64,000 bases of DNA from a virus (lineage: Duplodnaviria; Caudoviricetes): the IMG/VR virus record IMGVR_UViG_3300010348_001841; one strand, written 5' to 3'. The first letter of the stretch is position 1, and each line of letters begins with the position of its first letter. A program made the position numbers and the translations under genes. The notes beneath the pieces are model-generated. The model had not been told where the DNA came from. It saw nothing but the letters and a program-made list of their open reading frames with translations, and made no database searches. Below are positions 37,421 through 48,705 of this stretch, in pieces.

Positions 37421-38959
37421 TTAGAAATTCAATCCTGCAACAAAACCATACCAAGTGGTTCCATTATCTTTTGTAACTAGTGTAATGATATCTGCCTTGC
37501 CGTTTGCAGATGTCAATGTTGGAGCAGATCCGCCGGCCCATTTTACAGAAGCTGGCCATGTAACATTGAATGAACCTGTATACGCTAGGAAAAGTGTCAT
37601 GCTGTAAACACGGCCCGATGCTGGTACATTGGTAAACGACAATGTTGTAATGCTTGCGCCCATCGAAACAGTAAAGTTATTACCCAATGCGCAGTTGATA
37701 GAGGTAGATGCTGCTGCTGTAACTGCGGAATTCAATTCTGTGTAACGAGCACCAAAATCAACGCTTGTACCAGTTGCTGTTGTGATTGTTCCATCATTAG
37801 CAACACGCAATCTTTCTGTAACAGAACCAGTTACACCGGTCTGTAGCGCAATGTAGCCACCGACACCTACTGTGGTTGCAAAACCACCTGAAATAACAAC
37901 ATTTCCGCCGTTGCCTGATGTAGAACCGTTCTGTGAGTTACCGCCGCGAATTGTTACTGTACCACCATCGACTGAGTTTGTAGCTGTGTCGCCACCACGA
38001 ATATTGATTGCACCACCAACCCCCGCTCCAGATGCATCAGCGTGAATTGTAACTGTACCGGCTGTTGCACCAGGAGCACCAGGAGTTCCGCCACTTAATG
38101 TCAAGGCACCGCCGTTACCTGCCACAGACGAGGACCCACCAGTGACCGTCACCGAACCTGCTGCGGAAGCTGTATTACTTGTACCGCCGGAAATAAACAA
38201 TGCACCGGGTGTGCCGTTGGCAGGATTACCGGAACGAATTGTTAGACCGCCTGTACCATTGGTGCCGCCATCGGCACCTGCAAGAATACCTGCAAGATTT
38301 ACCTTATTTGTTCCGTCAAAAGTGAACGACGACGATCCTGCAAATGTACCCGATGAATTATACTGAATCTGAGTATCGGAACCACCAGGGGTACCACCTG
38401 TACTAATTGCCACACCGTTAATTGTTGGTGTTTGTTTGAAGTCTAAAACTCGTGTTGAGCGCGATACCGTAAACACCTGATTTTGTGTTGCACCGTTATC
38501 TGCTACAGCAGTAAATTCAAAATTGGTTCCCGAATTTGCGCCCGATTCTGCTACATTGTTTGCCTGAAGCAACCAACGATCGCTGCCCGCCGTTTGTAGC
38601 TTAATGGAACGATATGTGGCTGCCGAATTAGTTACAACCAATCCCTGATTGGTCAAGGTGCTTGTTGAAGTAATTGCACCAGTCGATTTATTTACTGTAA
38701 GAAATGCATTACCACCAAAAGTACCCGAATCGTTGTATTGGATCTGAGTATCAGATCCACCGGGTGTTCCTGCACCGATTGTGCTCCAGGAGACCACAGA
38801 GCCGTTTGTTGTTAGAACCTTTCCAGAATTTCCGGATTGTGTTGGCATCAATGCATTGATTGCATTTGGTGCTGTTGTCTGTCCGGTACCACCTTGCGAA
38901 ATTGGAAGTGGTCCGCCGTTTGATTGAACTAGAATATTGCCTGCAAATTGAACACCCAT
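37421..38959 (-). CDS. tail fibre/virion structural protein
   Basis: PGGSDTQIQYN repeats, Gly-rich, C-terminal VTWPASVKWAGGSAPTLT. Confidence 0.75.
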   Translation of the reverse strand: MGVQFAGNILVQSNGGPLPISQGGTGQTTAPNAINALMPTQSGNSGKVLTTNGSVVSWSTIGAGTPGGSDTQIQYNDSGTFGGNAFLTVNKSTGAITSTSTLTNQGLVVTNSAATYRSIKLQTAGSDRWLLQANNVAESGANSGTNFEFTAVADNGATQNQVFTVSRSTRVLDFKQTPTINGVAISTGGTPGGSDTQIQYNSSGTFAGSSSFTFDGTNKVNLAGILAGADGGTNGTGGLTIRSGNPANGTPGALFISGGTSNTASAAGSVTVTGGSSSVAGNGGALTLSGGTPGAPGATAGTVTIHADASGAGVGGAINIRGGDTATNSVDGGTVTIRGGNSQNGSTSGNGGNVVISGGFATTVGVGGYIALQTGVTGSVTERLRVANDGTITTATGTSVDFGARYTELNSAVTAAASTSINCALGNNFTVSMGASITTLSFTNVPASGRVYSMTLFLAYTGSFNVTWPASVKWAGGSAPTLTSANGKADIITLVTKDNGTTWYGFVAGLNF

Positions 38960-39010
38960 TTTGTATCTCCAGCTGGTTTTTATTATTTATCTGTTATCAC
39001 GCATTAGATA

Positions 39011-39406
39011 TTAGATCACATTATATACATGGTTGGTTTGAACTACCACATCGGCAGTCGTGGTCTGATTTCCATTTCCTGTATCAGTAACGGTACATCT
39101 GAATGTTCCGTTATACTGATTTGATGTGCCAAGAACTGTAGGCGCGGCAGCAGTTCTTGTGAATGTCGTTGAAGCACTCGATGGTGAATTGATTGTGGCG
39201 TTTGTTCCAGATACAAATGTCCATGCATATGTAAAGGAGCCAACCCCGCCTGTAACGGAACAGGTACAAGATGAAGTTGCTACTGCCACCAGTCCACCCG
39301 AAACACTTGTAGTATTTGTACCAGTGACGGGATTAGGAGAATCGCTTGCCGAGAATGCCAGGGTGGCATTGGGCACCATAAGAAATGTCTGCAATATACC
39401 TGTCAT
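39011..39406 (-). CDS. small virion protein, Ig-like
   Basis: VTGGVGSFTYAW..FRCTVTD. Confidence 0.6.
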   Translation of the reverse strand: MTGILQTFLMVPNATLAFSASDSPNPVTGTNTTSVSGGLVAVATSSCTCSVTGGVGSFTYAWTFVSGTNATINSPSSASTTFTRTAAAPTVLGTSNQYNGTFRCTVTDTGNGNQTTTADVVVQTNHVYNVI

Positions 39407-42400
39407 GTCAATCCTGCTCCGCTGATTACGAATTCATTGCTGGCAATACACAACACGGTACACAAACCTCTTTGTGCTAGTGTTCTATTTCCTGTACTTG
39501 CTGTTCCAGCAAATCTCAGTGTCACGCCGGATGCCTGTGTAATTGTTATATTTCCAGATGTATTGTTATAGATGGTTACTGCATCACCGATTGAGAATAC
39601 GCTTTGTGGGACTGTCACTCCAGAGGTAGCTGGTATGTGCTTACCCACATCAGATGCTGCAAGGTTTCCGCTTGTCGTCGATGATGCTGGTATTCTTTTC
39701 CATCCCAGTTCGAGGTTATTAGAATCGAGTATCTGCTTACCATCGGTCAATCTCAAGGCCTGTGCAAGAGAACCGCCGGCGGCCTTTGTGTAGAAAATCA
39801 TATCGCCGGCTTCGTTTCCCACCGAACCCGAAGTTGTTTGGCAATAGATTCTTGCCATCTGAACTTCACTGCTACTGTTGTTCCAGTTGGCAAAATTCAA
39901 TGCACCACCGTTTGTGCCCGTTGGGCCACCACGGAATACAACTTGCAAACCCTGACCACTGGTAGTCGACATACCGGTAAAACCACTGGTATCGTATCGG
40001 CCATATGGTGCGCCGCCTCCGGCCCAATAATCGCCGCCACCTTGGACAACTAATTGATCTGCTGCCGGTGCTTTTACTATTTGCCAACGGTGGCTATTAG
40101 CGACATCGGTAAATTGGATACCAGATGCATACCCATTTGCTGCTGCACCCACCCAGGCAATACCTGTCGATGTTTCGTATGTGTTCCAGGTGCCACGGGC
40201 CAACTGAACATCAAGTTTCTGTGCAGGTGTCTTACCAATTCCGAGTTGACCCGAAGAATCAAGTGTCACATGTGTAGTCGATCCGTTACCGGATAGCTCC
40301 AATGTGCTACCCACGACGCGTAGCTTGGCGCTGACACCTGTATCAGAATATCCAATGAGTGTTGCAGCAGAAGATTGAGATACTATTGCAGCATTCTGAT
40401 TTGTACCAACGCGCACAATGAACGGGACACTACCCAACGAAGGGGCGCCGGCACCGACCAATAATTGACCGGCGCTATCCAATTCCATATATTGGGTTAG
40501 TGTTGCACTGCCATTAGCGGTACCCGATGGACCATTGAACCAGCGGTGGCGTCCACTAATCTGCGAATACAATGTTGGTGCATCACCGGTGGTCAAATAA
40601 TTGAATGTATTCGTACCGCCTTCATATACACCGAATCCCAGGTTCGATGATCCGTTAGCCTGTGTCCAGAGGCTCACAAATGGACCGGTCTGTAGTGCAT
40701 ATGCGCCGGCGCGCCAATTTGCATTAGGCGTAACACCAATACCCACCATACCTGATGCAGCCTTAGTAAACTGAGTCGATGATCCCAAATAAACATTACT
40801 GTTCGATGCACCCAGAGTTAACGGTCTTGCTGTTGTTGTTTCGCCCGAATCAGTGACATCCATGCTAACACCAGATCCGGCCCCTAATGACGCGATGCGT
40901 AATCTATCACCGGTCGTACTCAGGGCACGCAGAACATAATTACCGGGTGCAATTCCGCCACCGATATTAGTTACGCCATTAAGCGTTGCTGTACCTGTTG
41001 CGCCTAATGTGCTATTAACCTGCAGGGCGCCGGTCATTGTATCGCCAGCTTTCAGTACATATGTTGAATTTACAAGTCCTGTGATATCACTTGCGACAAC
41101 TGCGGTTGTGCCCGAAACTCTGCCGTAAGAATCCCTAGTAAGTTTTAGAAATGTACCTGTTCCAGAATCAGTAACTGTTGCGAGATCAATATCATCAACA
41201 TTCACTACGATACGAGAACTGGATGCTGTGCCAACATTGAAAGTATTACCAGTCAGTGATAGACCAGCACCTGCTGTATAAGCACCTGCTGCTGAGAACT
41301 GCACGAATGTAATGGGATCAGTGCCCACTGTAACTACTGTTGCAGTTTCTGTCCAACCTGTATCGGACTGTGTTGATCCTGTGGTAACGAAAACCGCAGC
41401 ACCGTTGATTTCATCTATCGGTGTAACAGAATCAAAATCGGTTGCCCGTGTCCAGGAGCCCGACGCCGCAACATAGATACCATTTTGTGAAGTTGTATTT
41501 TGATTCTTTACAAGAACACGATTACCGGCAGTTACAGAAACACCATCGATTGTCTGAAGTCCCGAGAGAGTAATATTTGCTGTTGTGGCAACGAGAACAG
41601 GAGTTTTCCATGTTAAACCAGCGACTGCATTATCAACATATTGCTTTGTCGCAAAATTACTTGCTACGGTAGGATCGGCACCCACCACAGGATTATTGAA
41701 TGTCCAATTTCCTGTAATGGTTTCGTTAGAACCGACACGCGCTAGAATAGTACCGTCGGTAATTTGAGTTTCTGCAATCTGGATACTTGTGTTCGATGCT
41801 GCTGTGACAAGACCTTTGGCATTCACAGTAAATGTCGGTACCGACGATGCCGATCCCCATGATCCTACATTGCTGTTCACTGATGCGAGAGTAAGTCCTG
41901 CCGAAACATTTGTCGAACCATCAAAAGTAACTGTCCAATCGGCATCGCCGGTTGCAGTAATTGAACGACCGGTTGTGAGTGACGCTGCAGAACCAGTGGT
42001 ATTCTGATTTAAGGTTGGGAAATCACCGGCTACAGCGGCAACCATAGAAGTGCCATTGCCGCGTAGAATACCTGTTACCGTTGTTGATAATGTAATTGCT
42101 GGTGTAGAGGTTGATGTTGCTACCGAACCTGCAAAACCATTGTTTGTTACAACCGAAACACTTGTGACCGAACCTGCACCTGTAGTTGAAAAATATAAAT
42201 TACCTGCGCCGTCTGAAGTGAGAATTTCCCCGGAGGACCCTGTTGAGTTAGGAAAAGATAATGGACCCAATGATGGGGGCGTCCAGGAACCTGTGTCCCT
42301 AATCTTTAGTGCATTTGTTGCCGAATCAATCCATAGATCACCGTTCTGTACGGTGTATGAACCTGTGGGATCCGAACTACCCTGATATAGAGTAGTTCCG

Positions 42401-42459
42401 TTTTTGCCTATTGTGAAATAGGGAACCGATGTTCCCTTTGCATTTAGTGTCACTGCCAT
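39403..42459 (-). CDS. tail fibre protein
   Basis: ATKQYVD, IDGV..RVLVKNQ..NGIY module; shares a segment with 32424-35888. Confidence 0.8.
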   Translation of the reverse strand: MAVTLNAKGTSVPYFTIGKNGTTLYQGSSDPTGSYTVQNGDLWIDSATNALKIRDTGSWTPPSLGPLSFPNSTGSSGEILTSDGAGNLYFSTTGAGSVTSVSVVTNNGFAGSVATSTSTPAITLSTTVTGILRGNGTSMVAAVAGDFPTLNQNTTGSAASLTTGRSITATGDADWTVTFDGSTNVSAGLTLASVNSNVGSWGSASSVPTFTVNAKGLVTAASNTSIQIAETQITDGTILARVGSNETITGNWTFNNPVVGADPTVASNFATKQYVDNAVAGLTWKTPVLVATTANITLSGLQTIDGVSVTAGNRVLVKNQNTTSQNGIYVAASGSWTRATDFDSVTPIDEINGAAVFVTTGSTQSDTGWTETATVVTVGTDPITFVQFSAAGAYTAGAGLSLTGNTFNVGTASSSRIVVNVDDIDLATVTDSGTGTFLKLTRDSYGRVSGTTAVVASDITGLVNSTYVLKAGDTMTGALQVNSTLGATGTATLNGVTNIGGGIAPGNYVLRALSTTGDRLRIASLGAGSGVSMDVTDSGETTTARPLTLGASNSNVYLGSSTQFTKAASGMVGIGVTPNANWRAGAYALQTGPFVSLWTQANGSSNLGFGVYEGGTNTFNYLTTGDAPTLYSQISGRHRWFNGPSGTANGSATLTQYMELDSAGQLLVGAGAPSLGSVPFIVRVGTNQNAAIVSQSSAATLIGYSDTGVSAKLRVVGSTLELSGNGSTTHVTLDSSGQLGIGKTPAQKLDVQLARGTWNTYETSTGIAWVGAAANGYASGIQFTDVANSHRWQIVKAPAADQLVVQGGGDYWAGGGAPYGRYDTSGFTGMSTTSGQGLQVVFRGGPTGTNGGALNFANWNNSSSEVQMARIYCQTTSGSVGNEAGDMIFYTKAAGGSLAQALRLTDGKQILDSNNLELGWKRIPASSTTSGNLAASDVGKHIPATSGVTVPQSVFSIGDAVTIYNNTSGNITITQASGVTLRFAGTASTGNRTLAQRGLCTVLCIASNEFVISGAGLT

Positions 42460-42519
42460 ATTGTCTCCTGTTCAGACTTTCGTCTGTCTAGGCATAAGCC
42501 TAGTCATTGAGATTTTTAA

Positions 42520-43061
42520 TTACGAAATCTTGTAAATAAACAAATCCTTGTATATTCCGCTTGTATCATATACATATACACCATTCTTATAGATATATGT
42601 AAATCCATATTGCCAACCACCATACTCAAATGTAATAACATCACCCTGAGATAGTGTGATTGGCATAATTACTGTTTCATTTGCGTTGGTATCGGTAGTA
42701 ACTATATCACTATTTTCGTTGATGTATAATCCAGAACCTAATGCTGTTCCGCCGCCGTCAGAGCGTCCCATACCAAATTTCACATTACCCAGACCATTTA
42801 CTCCACCAATTAGAAAATCTGTTGCCATTGTAGGACTATAGGGATTTGGATCAAATGCCAGATAATGAAGACCCACTGACAGCAAAGAATAATCATTGTG
42901 CCACCGGTATAATCTGCCGTATCTGCTGGATTCCTAAAGGGACTATCACCGGGAAATGTACTACCGGGCGATGTAAGGTCGAAGACCAATGGACCAGCAG
43001 GTGTCGAGATCACAGACATTGTCACACCACGAATATTTGCACCACGAATATTTGCTACCAT
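42520..43061 (-). pseudogene. probably one frameshifted gene, paralog of 43069-43773
   Basis: N-terminal half MVANIRG.. and C-terminal half ..GDVITF..YIYKNGV in different frames, overlapping near 42890-42910. Confidence 0.5.
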
Positions 43062-43068
43062 GATTTCC

Positions 43069-43773
43069 TTATACTGAAATTCCGACCACATAGCCGGCGG
43101 TGGCAAATGGGAATGAAATAATTGGATCTAGAGGATTCTGAGGAACCCCGTTTTTGTAGAAATAGATAGTATTGCCGTCAACACCACCGTCGATGGTAAC
43201 AATGCCAATCACATCTCCGGCTGTAAAAGAAGATGCATTAAAAGTTCCGCCAATGAGGCCGTCATTCTGGTAATATGCAACATATGATAGATATGCATTC
43301 CCATCATAGGTATCGGGGTTAAAGCCATAAAGATTATCTGGCCCCATATAATCCGGTGATCCTGCCGAAAATGTCCCTACCATCGTTATGGCAGCAATCT
43401 GCCCTATAGTAATTTCTACTACCGAACCATTGGCTGTAAATGTGGTACCTGAACTCGATAATGCCGATGCTGATGCTGTTCCATCAAATGTTACAGTTTT
43501 ATTGCTATTCGTTAAGGTAGCATATGTCGAAACCCATGATCCGGGAAGCTGATCATTTGGCGGATTCGGATATGTTTCTCCACCGGGTGTTCCTGTTAAC
43601 CATGTTATTCCGCTATCTATTCCCACTATGCTTGGAAAATCTGCTTGATAATCCGTAAAATAGGCCATTGTACCGGAATTTCCATTTATGGATGTCTGGT
43701 ATGGGGACGGGGGCAAGGCTGTTGTACTAAAAGTTACACCTTGAAGTTGAATACCCTTCATTGTTGCTACCAT
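43069..43773 (-). CDS. SPRY-like domain virion-associated protein
   Basis: GDVIGI..IYFYKNGVPQ. Confidence 0.55.
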   Translation of the reverse strand: MVATMKGIQLQGVTFSTTALPPSPYQTSINGNSGTMAYFTDYQADFPSIVGIDSGITWLTGTPGGETYPNPPNDQLPGSWVSTYATLTNSNKTVTFDGTASASALSSSGTTFTANGSVVEITIGQIAAITMVGTFSAGSPDYMGPDNLYGFNPDTYDGNAYLSYVAYYQNDGLIGGTFNASSFTAGDVIGIVTIDGGVDGNTIYFYKNGVPQNPLDPIISFPFATAGYVVGISV

Positions 43774-43799
43774 TTTATGATCCTCCTATAATCCTATAT

Positions 43800-44402
43800 T
43801 TATCTAAAACAGTTATCAGTGTTGGTGCTAAGATCGATATCCTTATGATTTTCTTTTAGTCCTAATATGTAATTTTTTGAATTCTGAATTGCTCGACCAG
43901 TATCAATCCAGCGGGCCGCACCATTTTCTGAAGGATACCATATGTACTGAATTCCCGGGTAATAATAATGACTATTGAATGCTAACCTTGTATAACACAT
44001 TCGTTCATGCCAATAACACCCCATTGGCCAATCCAAGGATTTTGCCATTTCTGTATTGCAGATTACTGCATGATGTAAAAGAAAAGGAAAATCAAACGCC
44101 CGATCTTTTGAAAATTCATAGCCCCTAAGGAGCATCGGGCCTGACATTTCATCGCCATATGAAATTGAAATATTTTTCTCATTCATGGTGTCTGTCATAT
44201 GCTCACACCGTTCGAGAAAATTTACAGGCAATGTATCGTTTCCACCATCTAAGAAACAAAAATATTTCTTTTTCACATTCAGCATCGCGTGAACTTTGGC
44301 GGCATACAAGGCTGCGGCGGTCGGTTTTGAATATGGATAAACAGAAAGATTAGGAATACCTTCTATATTATTTCCGAGTGATATGAACTCTATATCAAGC
44401 AT
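43800..44402 (-). CDS. hypothetical protein, possible glycosyltransferase-like fold
   Basis: YFCFLDGGND; weak. Confidence 0.4.
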   Translation of the reverse strand: MLDIEFISLGNNIEGIPNLSVYPYSKPTAAALYAAKVHAMLNVKKKYFCFLDGGNDTLPVNFLERCEHMTDTMNEKNISISYGDEMSGPMLLRGYEFSKDRAFDFPFLLHHAVICNTEMAKSLDWPMGCYWHERMCYTRLAFNSHYYYPGIQYIWYPSENGAARWIDTGRAIQNSKNYILGLKENHKDIDLSTNTDNCFR

Positions 44403-44444
44403 TGTCTATTTATTGATAAATAGTGCATTACGACAGGAAAATAT

Positions 44445-45695
44445 ATGCCACGCATTAGTCTATGGAATCCAGTCAAGGGAACCGATTATAATTTCGTCGA
44501 TCGCACTATTGGAGAAAATTTCCGTATTGCAGGTGACGGTATTCTTGTACACATGTACGAGGGTCCGACTACGGATGCCAAAGGTAATACTGATACAGAT
44601 GTTACAACTATTCAAGATGTATTATTCCTGGAGAACATCAATAGAAAATACAACCCGGATGTTATTGAACTTCGCGGACACTATACACCGCAGGATGTAA
44701 ATTATGATCTTTCGCAGTTTGGTATTTTTCTAAGCTCCGATGTTATTCGTATTCAGTTTCATTACAACGATATGGTAGATGCGCTAGGTAGAAAACTTAT
44801 TCCCGGTGATGTGCTAGAATTTCCTAACATGCGCGATGTTCCGTTGAATAGCGAGGTTGGCATCAATAGATACTATGTTGTCCAGGATGCCCTATACGCG
44901 GCCGGCGGCTACGGGCAAAAATGGTTCCCACATATCTGGCTGGTTCGTGCAAAAATGATTTCTGCAAGCCCAGAATACACTGAGATTATCAATCAGGCTG
45001 CTACAGGGCAGACTGCAGGCGGTGTCGGTCAGGGTATTGGTGTTATGCCAGAAGGTTTTACCGAAACATCAGATAAAAATGGCAATCCCGGAAACGGTTG
45101 CAATCCACAGATTATGAATGCATTAGACCTATTCTGTAAGATCACAAAAATCACAGACGAAGTTATTGTTGAGGCAGAGAAAAATGTTTTCTTTGATCCA
45201 AAGTTCTTCGAAAGTGCAAATCTTTACATTTACTTGGATCCAGAGACAGGTTACCCAATTATCGGCAGCAACTATTTCAGCGGCGACGGTGCACCACCTA
45301 ACCTCTCTACAGATAATGAAAAGAATCTAGTGCCTAGCGGACCACTTGTGGGTGCCGGGGTTCAGTTTCCACCCGGTATGCTTGATGGACAATATTATCT
45401 GCGTATCGATTATTACCCAGAGCGTCTATTTCAAAAGCAGGGCAATTGCTACAAACTTATTGAGGTAAATGTTTTGAAGAATTGGACCGCATACAACCGC
45501 GTGCTAGATACATTCATTGATAACAACAGAGATACAGTCCTATCCGACGGCACTGTTGTTCCTGAAAAACAAGCTGTCTCTCAAGTTGTGAAACAGAAAG
45601 TTGATCTTTATGCAGAGCGTAAGGTACAAGTTACTGCGGCAGAAGCTGCACGATCTGCAGTGGCCGACGAACGCGCAAAAAAGAAACCTAACTAA
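44445..45695 (+). CDS. neck/head-closure protein (gp14-like)
   Basis: IQDVLFLEN..YDLSQFGIFL..GDVLEFP; GATAAATA upstream; gene context. Confidence 0.65.
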   Translation: MPRISLWNPVKGTDYNFVDRTIGENFRIAGDGILVHMYEGPTTDAKGNTDTDVTTIQDVLFLENINRKYNPDVIELRGHYTPQDVNYDLSQFGIFLSSDVIRIQFHYNDMVDALGRKLIPGDVLEFPNMRDVPLNSEVGINRYYVVQDALYAAGGYGQKWFPHIWLVRAKMISASPEYTEIINQAATGQTAGGVGQGIGVMPEGFTETSDKNGNPGNGCNPQIMNALDLFCKITKITDEVIVEAEKNVFFDPKFFESANLYIYLDPETGYPIIGSNYFSGDGAPPNLSTDNEKNLVPSGPLVGAGVQFPPGMLDGQYYLRIDYYPERLFQKQGNCYKLIEVNVLKNWTAYNRVLDTFIDNNRDTVLSDGTVVPEKQAVSQVVKQKVDLYAERKVQVTAAEAARSAVADERAKKKPN

Positions 45696-45703
45696 GGATA
45701 TAA

Positions 45704-46213
45704 ATGGTTATCTATAAACACACATGCATTATAACCGGAAAGTGTTATATTGGAAAAACTATAAAAACCATGGGGGAAAGATGGGCAGAACATTGTACAG
45801 ATGCTAAATATCATCCTCGTAGAAAATTTTTTGCCGCATTACATAAGTATGGTAAAGAAAATTGGATTCATGAAATTTTATTCGAATGTGATAATGAGGA
45901 ATTATTAGCAGACAAAGAAATTGAATATATAGATTTTTTTGACTCTGTGAAGAATGGTTACAATACACTCAGCGAACGAACACGAACATATACACATCGA
46001 GAAGATTCTATACAGAAAATGAAAATTTCACAAACATTACGGCATGCAATGAAACGATTAGCAGGTACCGAGGGTGGATGGAAAAGAAAAGACGGTGGCG
46101 CCATGCTTGGCAAACCTCATCCACGAAAAGGAAAAGAAAATAAAAAATGGGATACCAAAGGGACCCGAGGATGGCGATTAGAAGACGGTAAAAGAGTCTG
46201 GTTCAACAAATAA
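45704..46213 (+). CDS. GIY-YIG homing endonuclease
   Basis: VIYKHT..GKCYIGKT..R..EH..KYG..NGYN. Confidence 0.85.
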   Translation: MVIYKHTCIITGKCYIGKTIKTMGERWAEHCTDAKYHPRRKFFAALHKYGKENWIHEILFECDNEELLADKEIEYIDFFDSVKNGYNTLSERTRTYTHREDSIQKMKISQTLRHAMKRLAGTEGGWKRKDGGAMLGKPHPRKGKENKKWDTKGTRGWRLEDGKRVWFNK

Positions 46214-46224
46214 GGAGGAGAGGA

Positions 46225-47642
46225 ATGGATTTTTTTACGATTCACAACTAAGAAGATATCTTCTACAATTCATGAGAATTTTCTCTGACATAAAAATCAG
46301 AAACGGTCCAGATGCTAATGGATTGTATACCATCACAACCGTACCAATTTTATACGGTGATCCATCGTCTATGGTTGCTCAACTTATAAAGGGTGTTAGT
46401 GAAAATACAATGCTTCCTGCACCTATGTTCAGTGCGTGGATAAAAAATATCAAAATGGTGCCAGAAAGAAGGCAAGATACACAATTTGTCGGACAGGTGT
46501 CTACCATAGAAAGAACATACGATCCCCAAACACAAACTTATGGATCGGGCCCCGGCATTCGGTATGATGTTGAGAGATACATGCCTGTGCCATACGATAT
46601 TACATTTCAATTGGATGTTTGGACAACAAATACAACAAACAAGTTGCAAATTTTTGAACAAATTGGTGTTATTTTCAATCCCTCCATACAACTTCAACAG
46701 AATGCAAACCTGTTAGATTGGACTGCTATATTTGAAGTGTTTATGGAAAACTTTACCTGGACAAACAGAAGTATACCACAGGGTAGTGAAATTGAAAGAG
46801 ATGTAATGAGTTTTGAGTTCAAAGTACAGGCATGGATTAATCCACCAGCTAAAGTTAAGAAGAGTGGCCTCATTGCAGAAATTGTTACAAACGTTTTTGA
46901 GACTTCCGATATACCCGGCTTGGAGGCGGCACTGAGTAACGGTGATTATGATCCATTTAGGACATGCTTTAATGGTGTGCCAACGCAAATTATTACCACC
47001 GAGGGTAATTATAAAATTAATGTTTCGTCGGGGTTATTGGGTGACGAAATTACATTGCTACATGCTGGTGGTGAAGTTGATCCACCACTATATTGGCAAA
47101 ATCTTATCGATATCTATGGACAAATTACGCCTAATATTACTAAGATGAGGCTGAAGCTTGATCCTAATATTGAAGTAGATACCCTAGATATCATAGGCAA
47201 TATTGAATTAGATCCGTTAAGACCTAATGTGTTGTTATTCACCCCAGATATCGATACATTGCCGGCAAATACTATTTTACCTATCTCTGAAATTATTGAT
47301 CCCAAGGAAGTTTCGCCGGGAAATGGTCTACCACCTGCTGCATCAGGACAACGTTATCTCCTAACATCTAGCGATAGTACAGGAGAAGAACCTGCAATAC
47401 CACCGGGTGTATCTACAAGTCCTTGGGGCAATTCAATTGTAGCATATCCCAATGATATTATTGAATTTAATGGAATTACCTGGGTAGTAATTTTTGATTC
47501 ACGAAATTCCCCCGGACTAAATTATGTTGTAAATAATGCAAATGGCATTCAATATACGTTCGACGGTACACACTGGACCTATACGTATTTTGGTACATAC
47601 AGCCCGGGTTACTGGCGCATTGATAACATAATAAAACCATAA
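46225..47642 (+). CDS. tail terminator/sheath stabiliser (gp15-like); needs a -1 shift at a T7 run to use the ATG at 46225
   Basis: PVPYDITFQLDVW..QIFEQI..FNP motif; strong AGGAGG RBS before out-of-frame ATG. Confidence 0.75.
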
Positions 47643-48094
47643 TGGAAAATTCATTACTCTCTGACAAAACTGGTGTAGGAACCATTTTTGTTTCTGTCGA
47701 CACCGGCAGAGTTCTTCTAAATCTTAGAGCACCACATAAAACACATTCAATGTGTTGGTCGCTCTGGGGCGGCATGATGGAAGAGGGCGAGCAGCCCAAA
47801 GATGCACTGTTACGTGAACTTACAGAAGAAATGGGTTTTGTACCGGATATAGAAAAAATTTACCCGTTTGATGTTTATCAGAGTAAAGATAAACATTTCA
47901 AATATTATAGTTTTGTCTGTGTAGTCGGGGAAGAATTTGTCCCTATACTAAATCAGGAAAGTTGTGGGTATTGCTGGATAGACCTTGGGCAATGGCCAAA
48001 ACCAATGCACCAAGGTGCTAAAATTAGCTTTTGCAATTCAAAAGCAATTGATAAAATTAAACTAATTCTCAATCAGCACATCAAAGATGCCTGA
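47642..48094 (+). CDS. Nudix hydrolase
   Basis: GGMMEEGEQPKDALLRELTEEMG Nudix box. Confidence 0.9.
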   Translation: MENSLLSDKTGVGTIFVSVDTGRVLLNLRAPHKTHSMCWSLWGGMMEEGEQPKDALLRELTEEMGFVPDIEKIYPFDVYQSKDKHFKYYSFVCVVGEEFVPILNQESCGYCWIDLGQWPKPMHQGAKISFCNSKAIDKIKLILNQHIKDA

Positions 48095-48701
48095 CTTCGT
48101 AAACAATCTCGAAGTCCGGGCAATCGTAGAACATCTGTGGTGTTAAGTTTTTGTTCTCTTTAATCATTCGCTCAAAATTGGCGAAATTTGTCTCATAATC
48201 GGGCTCTGCCATTAGTGCTGTTCGTACAAGTTCAACACAGCTGAGAGCCTTATCGCTTGTTAGATCAAACAGAGAATCGTAAGGTTTTCCTAGTTCTGTC
48301 CTAGCCTTGTCCATTACCGCAGTCCAGTGTTCGGCTGACATATTCTTAGGTTTTAACAAAACGACACCATGAACCATGAATACTAAATCAAAGGGCGAAT
48401 AATGAACACCAGCACCGGTTGCTTCTACTAACCTAAAATCGTCGTCTGAATGTACATCATTTTCAAGGTTCATTAGAGCATGGGCCCAGTATGACCATTT
48501 TCCAGAAACTATCCAACTTGCTAAACCTACAAAGAAGGTAGATAAATGATTTTTTCTGTGCGTCAAAATAACATAATAGTTAGGTGTAAGATATTCTCTA
48601 ACCTTTGTTAATTCGGTCTCTGTGAGGCCATCACTATAGCCCCAATGAATTTTTCCGATTGTAATAACAACCCAATTTGCAAAAGATTTCCATAATGACA
48701 C
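48081..48701 (-). CDS. permuted papain-like (YiiX/YaeF) enzyme
   Basis: WAHA..VEATGAGV..LGKPYD..SCVELV. Confidence 0.75.
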   Translation of the reverse strand: MSLWKSFANWVVITIGKIHWGYSDGLTETELTKVREYLTPNYYVILTHRKNHLSTFFVGLASWIVSGKWSYWAHALMNLENDVHSDDDFRLVEATGAGVHYSPFDLVFMVHGVVLLKPKNMSAEHWTAVMDKARTELGKPYDSLFDLTSDKALSCVELVRTALMAEPDYETNFANFERMIKENKNLTPQMFYDCPDFEIVYEVRHL

Positions 48702-48705
48702 AAAA

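Noticed and set aside
32424-42459. Diversity-generating retroelement or invertase shufflon acting on fibres
   Set aside because: No reverse transcriptase or recombinase in the window; shared segments differ at all base types rather than at adenines only
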